This document shows positions 1 to 7,620 of a DNA stretch of 33,505 nt, in pieces. Positions within the stretch are counted from its first letter, which is position 1; each line of letters starts with the position of its first letter. This DNA comes from a virus (Duplodnaviria; Heunggongvirae; Uroviricota; Caudoviricetes). The DNA lies in IMG/VR virus record IMGVR_UViG_3300028584_000450, positions 223,394 through 256,898 of that record, one strand, 5' to 3'. The position numbers and the translations under genes were made by a program. A model generated the notes under the pieces. That model had not been told where the DNA came from. It was given only the letters and a program-made list of their open reading frames with translations, and searched no databases.

Positions 1-7
1 GCAAAAA

Positions 8-1156
8 ATGGCAAATGATGTAAATGAAAGAAGTATCGGTGATGTAATTTCAGCAACATTTGGGCTGATTAGAATGCAAACCCAAGGAAAAAATGTCGGT
101 ATCCCATATTGGAGAGGGGCTCCTGGGATTGGAAAAACGACAATCGCAGAGGCAACTGCCGTAGCAAATGATATGAATTTTATGGGCACACATTATGCCC
201 TTCGTCCGATTGAGGAAATAAGTGGGTTACCAAATTTCACAACGGTAACTGTTAATGGAGCTCAAATGGCCGGTACTGTCTGGACATTTCCAGATATATT
301 AACAGAGTTGTATAAATTGGCAGCTAATGGTAAACCAACTGTTTGGCTTTTAGATGATTTTCATTTAGCTTCACCAGCAATCATGAATTTAGGTTATGAG
401 ATGTTTAGTGAACGGCGTCTCAGAGGATTTGAGATCCCACCAAATGTTGGATTTTTGTTGGCTGGTAATATGTCAGCAAAAGCTGGTTCAAAGAAAAATT
501 TAACTTCAGCTGTAGCAAATAGATGTTGCATAATGAATGTTAAAATGGGATTCAATGAATGGAAAAGAAACTTTGCATTGGCAACAAAAGTCAATAGCAA
601 AATTATCAATTTCCTATCACAACCAAAATCCAAGAAATTCTTCCAAGAAGAAGAACAATTGGACAGACCATGGGCATCCGCTCGAAGTTGGACACGATTT
701 TCTGAATTCTTAAATCCGTGGGAAGCAGATATGCCAATGTCAATGAGTGATGTTCTATATTATGCAGAATCTCACATTGGAACTGAAGCAGCGTCAGAAT
801 TTGCTGTATATTATAAAATCTTTTCAGAGATCGAAATGGATAAGATCTTTAATAAGGAATTACCAATCAAAATTCCAGATGATATGTCAAAGCAATATAT
901 CTATGCCTTGGCATCGGTAAGCGAGTTCATAAAAAGATACATCGCTAAAGATCCAACAGGTATAGATATCATGTCAGATATCATAATTGAGATTGCAAAA
1001 CAGAAAATCGAAATTGCAATCACAGCATTGAAAGAGATTGTAATAACAGAACAATCTCTAAAACTTCGAGATTGTTATTTCCCAATAAAAAAGATGATCA
1101 TGACTAAAGACATGGCCATTGGGAAAAAGATCGAAATCGACATCAAACACATTTAA
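8..1156 (+). CDS. MoxR-like AAA+ ATPase
   Basis: Walker A GAPGIGKT, Walker B VWLLDDF, sensor LAGN, arginine-finger region AVANRCC; directly upstream of a VWA protein, the usual MoxR arrangement. Confidence 0.85.
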   Translation: MANDVNERSIGDVISATFGLIRMQTQGKNVGIPYWRGAPGIGKTTIAEATAVANDMNFMGTHYALRPIEEISGLPNFTTVTVNGAQMAGTVWTFPDILTELYKLAANGKPTVWLLDDFHLASPAIMNLGYEMFSERRLRGFEIPPNVGFLLAGNMSAKAGSKKNLTSAVANRCCIMNVKMGFNEWKRNFALATKVNSKIINFLSQPKSKKFFQEEEQLDRPWASARSWTRFSEFLNPWEADMPMSMSDVLYYAESHIGTEAASEFAVYYKIFSEIEMDKIFNKELPIKIPDDMSKQYIYALASVSEFIKRYIAKDPTGIDIMSDIIIEIAKQKIEIAITALKEIVITEQSLKLRDCYFPIKKMIMTKDMAIGKKIEIDIKHI

Positions 1157-1161
1157 ATCAT

Positions 1162-2547
1162 ATGGGCGATTGCAATTTTGCGATTGCCCATATAAAGGAT
1201 AATCAAATGAACGCTGCCGAAAAATTAAGAATTTGCCAGATAAAGATATTAAACTCCAATTATCTTCGATTATTTGGATGTTTATATTATAATTTTGATA
1301 TAAATATAATTCCAGAATCAAGTTTATCTTGGGATGGAATGGATGAACATCAAATAGAAGATGCTAAAGCAGGATTGACTGCGGCAGTATGTGTTACTTC
1401 TAATCAAAAACCATCAATTATGATTTTTGAACATTTTATAAACCAGAACACAGTAGAAGAATTGATATTTGTATTAATTCACGAAATATTACATGTTCTA
1501 TCTGGTCATTTTAATCGAGGATCATCATTTGATCATGAAATTGCAAATTTAGCGCAAGATCATGTAATAAATGTTCCATTAGATGATGATATATCTGCTG
1601 GACTTTTAAAAAAGGTATCAACACCAAAAAGTGCATTTATAATTAATGAGTTAAGAGATAAAAATCTATCAATGGAGGAGGTATATAGTTGGTTAATTAA
1701 AAATTCTGAAACATCAACAATATCAATTAATATCAATGGGCCTGGAAATGAATCCGACTCTGAAATGACCCTTGATGTTAATGTTATAAAGATTAAAATT
1801 AATGGAAAAACCAGAACAATAATGAAAGATGTTGTTCATAATGGTAAACTAAAGAAACTAGAAAAGCAAGTTAGCGATAATTTAAAAGCTGAAGCTAGAA
1901 TCTTGAGTAACAGTGATCACATCATATCAAAAGGAGATGGACATTCCGCATTAGATAAATTAATTGCTTCAATAATTGAGGTGGAAATTCCATGGTATGT
2001 ACTAATGGAGAAAGCGATAGCCTCAAAAATTTCTCCAGATTCAGATGATCGAAGTTGGAGTAATATCCAAAAAAGACCATTTGCCCTAGGATTAAAACTC
2101 CCAGGATATGGAACTGAAGAATTGTATTCAACATTGGTGATTATGGAAGATACATCTGGAAGTGTTTCAGATACCAATGTAAAACAATTTTCCTCAGTAA
2201 TTGAACAATCTATGAAGTACTTTGATCGGGTTAGAATACTTCAACATGATATGAAAGTAAATTCAGACATAACATTAGATGTCAATGATGTAACGAATAC
2301 TGATCTCATATTTAAAATAAAAGGTCGCGGAGGCACATCTCATTATAACTGTTTTGAGATTGTACAGGAAATGTTTGATGAAGATGAAGATGTCAGTTTA
2401 GTTATAATGCTAACTGATTTTGAATCAGATATCGAAAGTTCCTGGAATAAATTTTCATGGACGAAACATATTCCAGTAAGTGTGATATTAACGAGAAAAT
2501 ATGATGTACCATCATATGTCGATAAAAAGCCAATATTAATCAAATAG
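1162..2547 (+). CDS. Metallopeptidase-like (HExxH) plus VWA domain protein (DUF2201-like), partner of the AAA+ ATPase
   Basis: HEILH zinc motif with downstream N-x-A-x-D; C-terminal MIDAS-like EDTSGSVS, GRGGTS and MLTD motifs. Confidence 0.8.
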   Translation: MGDCNFAIAHIKDNQMNAAEKLRICQIKILNSNYLRLFGCLYYNFDINIIPESSLSWDGMDEHQIEDAKAGLTAAVCVTSNQKPSIMIFEHFINQNTVEELIFVLIHEILHVLSGHFNRGSSFDHEIANLAQDHVINVPLDDDISAGLLKKVSTPKSAFIINELRDKNLSMEEVYSWLIKNSETSTISININGPGNESDSEMTLDVNVIKIKINGKTRTIMKDVVHNGKLKKLEKQVSDNLKAEARILSNSDHIISKGDGHSALDKLIASIIEVEIPWYVLMEKAIASKISPDSDDRSWSNIQKRPFALGLKLPGYGTEELYSTLVIMEDTSGSVSDTNVKQFSSVIEQSMKYFDRVRILQHDMKVNSDITLDVNDVTNTDLIFKIKGRGGTSHYNCFEIVQEMFDEDEDVSLVIMLTDFESDIESSWNKFSWTKHIPVSVILTRKYDVPSYVDKKPILIK

Positions 2548-2556
2548 GAGATAAAT

Positions 2557-2582
2557 ATTAGGGGATTTAATTATCCCCTAAT
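2557..2582. terminator. Probable bidirectional intrinsic terminator
   Basis: Perfect 10-bp stem ATTAGGGGAT/ATCCCCTAAT, 6-nt loop, T-run after it on +, located between convergent genes. Confidence 0.75.
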
Positions 2583-2591
2583 TAATTTTTT

Positions 2592-2978
2592 TTATTCGCT
2601 TGACCAAGTTGGAAGTTTTCCCATATTTAAATGATTATAATGTGTAGGAGGATGATATATTGGTTTAAGTGGTTTATGATATTTAGATGAATCTGTTTTT
2701 CTATTAAGTTTTGCTATTATATCTGCTTGTTCAAGAATAGATTCAATATTTACTTTTTTTAATCCATACTTACTCTTTAAATTTTTTGGTACACCAACGG
2801 TAGATTGAGATGTTGGTGTGAATTTAGATCTAAATGGCTTATTATTTGATGTTTGAGAATTTGAATGTTGATTTAATCTTTGTTTTATTATATTACGATA
2901 TTTTAATTGATCATTAACCGAATGAGCAGTTGTAATGATTGGTCCGGTATTTCCAATAGGAACTCCAGAAGGATCCAT
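2592..2978 (-). CDS. Hypothetical basic protein (128 aa)
   Basis: ORF with GAGAGG RBS upstream of ATG; fills the gap at the end of the small-protein operon; lacks the family C-terminal motif. Confidence 0.65.
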   Translation of the reverse strand: MDPSGVPIGNTGPIITTAHSVNDQLKYRNIIKQRLNQHSNSQTSNNKPFRSKFTPTSQSTVGVPKNLKSKYGLKKVNIESILEQADIIAKLNRKTDSSKYHKPLKPIYHPPTHYNHLNMGKLPTWSSE

Positions 2979-2998
2979 AAATATCCTCTCATATTTTA

Positions 2999-3613
2999 TT
3001 ATTTCTTTCGTCTAGAAAGATATTTCTTAGCAGCAAGTCCAGCACCAATTGCTCCAATTGTACCAGCAGTAATTGATCCAAATTTAGCTGGATTGTTCAT
3101 TATATAATCTTTAGCATCAGCTCCAAGAGATTTCAAAGATGATTTTACAGACCCAAGACCACTTCCATTCTTCAAATTATTAATTTTATCTATTGCCAAA
3201 CGATGTGAAATTGCAGCATCATCTGCTATTTTTTGAGCAGTTTTTTTAGCCCGATTATGCATATATACAGAAGTCCCACCAGCAGCAGTTAGACCACCAA
3301 CAACCAATCCACCAATACCTCCAATCTTTACTCCTTTTTTAATACTCGGTCCAGCAGTATCATTGACTCCAAGAGTATATATTCTGTCAAATTCATCCCG
3401 TGTTGTAGATTCATTTTTATTAGTAATAATATTGGTGTTTTTAGGATTATGTAATTTACGAATTTCATCAACTTTAGAGGCATATGAATTAATAAGAGTT
3501 TTTGGATTATAATGTGAAATGGCTTTAGAATTTGAATGCAAATCTCTTAAATTTGATCTTATAGAATCATTAAGTTCAGATCCTTTTTTATGATAAGCAA
3601 TATATGTATCCAT
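2999..3613 (-). CDS. KKYL-tail family protein (two glycine-zipper segments)
   Basis: Ends AGTIGAIGAGLAAKKYLSRRKK; internal GGIGGLVVGGLTAAGG; C-terminal half paralogous to 5210..5887. Confidence 0.8.
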   Translation of the reverse strand: MDTYIAYHKKGSELNDSIRSNLRDLHSNSKAISHYNPKTLINSYASKVDEIRKLHNPKNTNIITNKNESTTRDEFDRIYTLGVNDTAGPSIKKGVKIGGIGGLVVGGLTAAGGTSVYMHNRAKKTAQKIADDAAISHRLAIDKINNLKNGSGLGSVKSSLKSLGADAKDYIMNNPAKFGSITAGTIGAIGAGLAAKKYLSRRKK

Positions 3614-3624
3614 ACAATTTTCCT

Positions 3625-3900
3625 TTAATGTCCCTTTGGTCTAGAAAGATATTTCTTAGCTGCAACACCAGCACCAATGAGACCAGCTCCAAGTGCAATT
3701 TTAGGATTATCTGAGGCATAATCTGTAAGACTAGAACCTACATTTTTAACTGAATCGATAAGTCTATGTCCAGAAGTATATCCAACTGCATTCTGGAAGT
3801 TTCGGCTAGCATGTTTAACTATATGTTCTGGAGTAGGAGTAGTAGTAGTATTATTATTATTATTAACTTGATTCCGGATATTGTCTAATATAGATGGCAT
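3625..3900 (-). CDS. KKYL-tail family protein
   Basis: Ends NPKIALGAGLIGAGVAAKKYLSRPKGH; contains an Asn/Thr trinucleotide run. Confidence 0.8.
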   Translation of the reverse strand: MPSILDNIRNQVNNNNNTTTTPTPEHIVKHASRNFQNAVGYTSGHRLIDSVKNVGSSLTDYASDNPKIALGAGLIGAGVAAKKYLSRPKGH

Positions 3901-3946
3901 AATCTAATTCCTTTATAAAATAATTTTCATTTTTTAATTTTAATTT

Positions 3947-4372
3947 TTATTTTTTCTTTCGTCTAGAAAGATATTTCTTAGCTGCAATTCCAGCACCAAC
4001 GAGACCAGCAGTACCAGCAGCAGCCATACCAACTTTACCAGGATGATTCATTATATAATCTTTGGCATCGACACCAAGATCTTTCAAAGATGATTTCATA
4101 GATTTTACAGGAGTTTTAGTCCCATGTATTATATCAGATCCTAATGAATGGATATCTTTTCCTAATTTTCCACCATCCTTATATAGGGTTGAATATCTTT
4201 CATCGGAATTAATAAAATTCATAGCATCATGTTTTATATTTTTTACGTTATCATTAATTGCATCTCCGGCAGAAGTTACATGTTTATTTACATAATTCTT
4301 AACATCCATATCATCGATCTTGTCTTTTGCAGAAGTTATATGTTTATTTACATAATTTTTAATTGAATCCAT
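3947..4372 (-). CDS. KKYL-tail family protein
   Basis: AAGGAG RBS; ends NHPGKVGMAAAGTAGLVGAGIAAKKYLSRRKKK; N-terminal duplication KNYVNKH(I/V)TSA. Confidence 0.8.
   Translation of the reverse strand: MDSIKNYVNKHITSAKDKIDDMDVKNYVNKHVTSAGDAINDNVKNIKHDAMNFINSDERYSTLYKDGGKLGKDIHSLGSDIIHGTKTPVKSMKSSLKDLGVDAKDYIMNHPGKVGMAAAGTAGLVGAGIAAKKYLSRRKKK
3957..4051. repeat. 95-bp identical repeat, copy 1 (encodes the family C-terminus)
   Basis: Base-for-base identical to 4428..4522 and 5217..5311. Confidence 0.95.
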
Positions 4373-4420
4373 GATGAATACTCCTTATAATATAATTGTT
4401 AGAATAATTAAAGATTATTA

Positions 4421-4741
4421 TTATTTTTTTCGTCTAGAAAGATATTTCTTAGCTGCAATTCCAGCACCAACGAGACCAGCAGTACCAGCAGCAGCCATAC
4501 CAACTTTACCAGGATGATTCATCATATAATCTTTAACATCAGAAGCGAGATATTTTAATGTTGATCCAAGAGAATCTGGATTACGAACATTACGAAGATT
4601 TGTAATATAATATTCCACAGATCCATCAGCATTATGAATTGGATGATCAAGATCAATTTCAACTGGAGTCCCATCAGAAAAAACTGGACTCCCATATTCA
4701 TCTTTATGAATTGAATTATCAGATTTATATTTATTTATCAA
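4421..4741 (-). CDS. KKYL-tail family protein (start uncertain; possibly the 3' part of a frameshifted gene)
   Basis: Family C-terminus; only a TTG start without an evident RBS, overlapping the stop of the 28-aa ORF 4731..4817. Confidence 0.65.
   Translation of the reverse strand: MINKYKSDNSIHKDEYGSPVFSDGTPVEIDLDHPIHNADGSVEYYITNLRNVRNPDSLGSTLKYLASDVKDYMMNHPGKVGMAAAGTAGLVGAGIAAKKYLSRRKK
4428..4522. repeat. 95-bp identical repeat, copy 2
   Basis: Identical to 3957..4051. Confidence 0.95.
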
Positions 4742-4817
4742 GTCTACGGTTATGATAGTTTACTAATCCTCTCGAAGCCAAAGATGCTCCAAGTACTGTT
4801 GGTAAAATCAAATCCAT
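4731..4817 (-). CDS. 28-aa peptide MDLILPTVLGASLASRGLVNYHNRRLDK (not in ORF track)
   Basis: Read manually; fills the gap between a terminator and 4421..4741; hydrophobic then basic like the family tails; RBS weak. Confidence 0.4.
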   Translation of the reverse strand: MDLILPTVLGASLASRGLVNYHNRRLDK

Positions 4818-4865
4818 CTTTGGTATATTATGGTGCCCCTATATTTTTTTTAAAATAGACTTTTA

Positions 4866-4900
4866 AAAATAGACAGATCTAAAAAAGATCTGTCTATTTT
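4866..4900 (-). terminator. Intrinsic terminator-like hairpin
   Basis: Perfect 15-bp stem AAAATAGACAGATCT/AGATCTGTCTATTTT, 5-nt loop, just past the stop of 4909..5160. Confidence 0.7.
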
Positions 4901-4908
4901 CTAAAACA

Positions 4909-5160
4909 TTAAGCAATGATGGATTCAACCATATTACTAATCAAACAATTAGCAGCAGTTTCAGTGAAAATTGCAATATTTTCAAAAGTTTCCTCAAGAT
5001 TCTCACCAATAAAATCTTCAAGATTCTCTAAAACGTGATTTTTAATATCCTGAGGAAAAGTATGATATACAGCGGCTGCTCCGAGGATTTCATCTTCGCA
5101 ACCCTCAAGATATGATTGCATTGATTCATTTTCAAGAATAACGGAAATAAACTGTGTCAT
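4909..5160 (-). CDS. Small acidic protein, possible prohead core/scaffold-like
   Basis: AAGGAG RBS; very Glu-rich with repeated (I/L)-x-E and LE motifs (ILENE, YLEG, VLENLE, MVES), like T4-type prohead core proteins; function inferred. Confidence 0.55.
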   Translation of the reverse strand: MTQFISVILENESMQSYLEGCEDEILGAAAVYHTFPQDIKNHVLENLEDFIGENLEETFENIAIFTETAANCLISNMVESIIA

Positions 5161-5209
5161 GATAAATACTCCTTATAATATAATTGTTTACAATAATTAA
5201 AGATTATTA

Positions 5210-5887
5210 TTATTTCTTTCGTCTAGAAAGATATTTCTTAGCTGCAATTCCAGCACCAACGAGACCAGCAGTACCAGCAGCAGCCATACCAACTTTACCA
5301 GGATGATTCATCATATAATCTTTAGCATCGACACCAAGAGATTTCAAAGATGATTTTACAGACCCAAGACCACTATTACCAGTCTTCAGATTATCTGATG
5401 TTGTCTGCAGTTTATCTGCTGCCAAACGTTTGGCAATTGCAGCATCATCTGCCACTTTTTTAGCAATTTTAGCTGCACGATCCTTCATATGAAGATAACC
5501 ACCACCAGCAGCAATACCTCCCGCAGCAAGTCCACCAAGAAGACCAGCTCCCCCACCTTTTATTAAACCCTTCTTTGTTCCGCGCGATGTTCCACGCTCA
5601 TATCCTTCTTTATCTCCACTGGACTTCCCTTTATAGTAGAATTTTCGATTTCTATCTTCAACACTACTTGCAGGGTTTTTCTGTTTACCGGTATTATATG
5701 GATGGTCTTTAACTTTACTACCAGTTTTTGCAACTTCACGATCATGCTGTCTATATGCCGTATTTATTTTTTCTTGATTCGAAGATTGTAAACTTTCCTC
5801 GATAGATGCAAAATCAATCCCAGAACAAGTACCACCAGAAGATTCGATAGATTCATGAACAAGTTGTCTAATATTAATAGAAGCCAT
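5210..5887 (-). CDS. KKYL-tail family protein (two glycine-zipper segments)
   Basis: N-term MASINIRQLVHESIE; internal GGGAGLLGGLAAGGIAAGGG; family C-terminus. Confidence 0.8.
   Translation of the reverse strand: MASINIRQLVHESIESSGGTCSGIDFASIEESLQSSNQEKINTAYRQHDREVAKTGSKVKDHPYNTGKQKNPASSVEDRNRKFYYKGKSSGDKEGYERGTSRGTKKGLIKGGGAGLLGGLAAGGIAAGGGYLHMKDRAAKIAKKVADDAAIAKRLAADKLQTTSDNLKTGNSGLGSVKSSLKSLGVDAKDYMMNHPGKVGMAAAGTAGLVGAGIAAKKYLSRRKK
5217..5311. repeat. 95-bp identical repeat, copy 3
   Basis: Identical to 3957..4051. Confidence 0.95.
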
Positions 5888-5961
5888 AATAATTTTCCTT
5901 TTATAAATTAATGTTGTTTATTTTATCTTATTTAGAAAAAATACTAAATAAAAAACCAGAT

Positions 5962-6432
5962 TCAATTTTTATTTTTACGATATTGTAAATACTTCTTAAT
6001 ACCAACCCCAGTAGCAATGCCACCAGCAATTGCACCACCACCAGCACCAATAATACCAAAAATATCAGCAATAATAGACTCTGGGTCTTCCGACTTTGGT
6101 GCCTCTTTTTTTAATCTCATAAGTTCATCAGACATATGTTTATACTCAATTGCTTTAACAGCGGCTAAATCTTGGGCACTTTTTATTTTCTCTCGAAGTA
6201 CATCTTTACCTAAACTTCCAAGAAAATATCCGCCAGCTCCGCCAGCAGCAACTCCACCAACAGCAGCAGTCATATTAGTATTAACTGGCTTTGCATTTCC
6301 AGTTTCAATCTTTTTTTTACCATATCCATATGCAGTTTTTGATGTATCCCATGCCTTGCCTGGCGCTTTTGATATAATACCTTTAGCTCGATCCCATTTG
6401 GGACCTTCAAGAATAATTTGGTTTATATCCAT
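5962..6432 (-). CDS. KKYL-tail family protein (divergent)
   Basis: Start moved to MDINQIILEG (GGAG 8 nt upstream; abuts the previous gene's stop at 6434); ends GAGGGAIAGGIATGVGIKKYLQYRKNKN. Confidence 0.75.
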   Translation of the reverse strand: MDINQIILEGPKWDRAKGIISKAPGKAWDTSKTAYGYGKKKIETGNAKPVNTNMTAAVGGVAAGGAGGYFLGSLGKDVLREKIKSAQDLAAVKAIEYKHMSDELMRLKKEAPKSEDPESIIADIFGIIGAGGGAIAGGIATGVGIKKYLQYRKNKN

Positions 6433-6433
6433 A

Positions 6434-6688
6434 TCATAATCTCCGTTGTCCATTCTTATTACCAAGATGGGCAGCAAGACCAACAGCAGCCGCTCCTAAT
6501 GCAGCATGAGGGTGAGCGCTAATAGTATCCATAATTCCACCAACAGCACCTTTAGCATGATTGCCAAGATCATGTCCAGCAGCAGTAAGACTAGAACCAG
6601 CTTGTCTAGTTTTTGCAGCAACATCCGCCGGATTTACATATTTAGTTGGTACAAATGCTTCAATAACTAATTGATTAATATCCATCAT
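6434..6688 (-). CDS. KKYL-tail family protein (divergent)
   Basis: MMDINQLVIEA start coupled to the upstream stop (ATGA); ends HPHAALGAAAVGLAAHLGNKNGQRRL. Confidence 0.75.
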   Translation of the reverse strand: MMDINQLVIEAFVPTKYVNPADVAAKTRQAGSSLTAAGHDLGNHAKGAVGGIMDTISAHPHAALGAAAVGLAAHLGNKNGQRRL

Positions 6689-7335
6689 GTTCTCCGACTA
6701 AATTTCTTTTTAAGATATGCAGCTCCACCAATTGCAGCCGCTCCAATTGCAGCGTGAGGATGATTTGAAATTACATCTAAAGTATGACCAACAATACCTT
6801 TTCCAGCATCTGAAACATGATTTGCAGCTTTAGTAGCTGTACTTGCAACGGTAGATGCGTGATCACCAATACCTTTTCCAGCATCTGAAACATGATTTAC
6901 AGCTTTAGTAGCTGTACTTGCAACGGTAGATGCGTGATCACCAATACCTTTTCCAGCATCTGAAACATGATTTACAACTTTAGTAGCTTTACTTGCAACG
7001 GCAGATGTATTATTATGTGGAGATACAGCAGCAGAGACTGAATGATTTATTGGGTTTGAACTTGGAGGTTTAGGAATTGGATACTTATGTTCATCTGGAG
7101 ATGGAGATGTAGTTACCTTTGCCTTTGGTTCAGTATATTTAGCTCCAGGACCAAAATCGGTCCAATGATTTGGATCATGTTGTCCTGGAACTGTAGTTGG
7201 ACTGTTTGCACGATACACTTGTCGTTTTATCGCATCAGACTTGGCCTTTTTAGCAGCAACAGTGGCTATATATTTCGGATCATCATATCCATCTTCAAAT
7301 ATTGACATTTGAACTAAATCATTAATATCTGACAT
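6685..7335 (-). CDS. KKYL-tail family protein with 25-aa tandem repeat
   Basis: MSDINDLVQMSIFE start; Pro-rich linker; ends NHPHAAIGAAAIGGAAYLKKKFSRRT. Confidence 0.8.
   Translation of the reverse strand: MSDINDLVQMSIFEDGYDDPKYIATVAAKKAKSDAIKRQVYRANSPTTVPGQHDPNHWTDFGPGAKYTEPKAKVTTSPSPDEHKYPIPKPPSSNPINHSVSAAVSPHNNTSAVASKATKVVNHVSDAGKGIGDHASTVASTATKAVNHVSDAGKGIGDHASTVASTATKAANHVSDAGKGIVGHTLDVISNHPHAAIGAAAIGGAAYLKKKFSRRT
6792..7001. repeat. 75-bp tandem repeat, about 2.8 copies, in frame
   Basis: CAATACCTTTTCCAGCATCTGAAACATG recurs at 6792, 6867 and 6942. Confidence 0.95.
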
Positions 7336-7341
7336 AATATT

Positions 7342-7611
7342 CTATCCTTTATTCCTATTAAGATATTTTTTAGCAGCAACACTCGTGGCTAAAATTGAAA
7401 TTGAATTACTCATCTCTTCAATTATTTCTTGAGTGATGTCAGATACTCCAGGAATAAACATATTATTCTCTAATAATTTAGTCTTAAATAATTCAATATG
7501 TTCGGAATTCTCAAATATTTCTGGAAACACATCCTCTAAAAGAGTTGCAGAAATAATCGGTTCATTTTTAAGCTCACTTACTAATTCTTCTATAAATAAT
7601 TGCATTGTCAT
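7342..7611 (-). CDS. Acidic protein with KKYL tail
   Basis: Glu-rich (LLED, IFEN, LLEN, IIEE) and ends ILATSVAAKKYLNRNKG. Confidence 0.75.
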   Translation of the reverse strand: MTMQLFIEELVSELKNEPIISATLLEDVFPEIFENSEHIELFKTKLLENNMFIPGVSDITQEIIEEMSNSISILATSVAAKKYLNRNKG

Positions 7612-7620
7612 AATATACTC

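Noticed and set aside
3833-3865. (ACT)n/(AAT)n microsatellite in the 91-aa gene
   Set aside because: An in-frame low-complexity Asn/Thr linker; trinucleotide slippage would not switch the frame.
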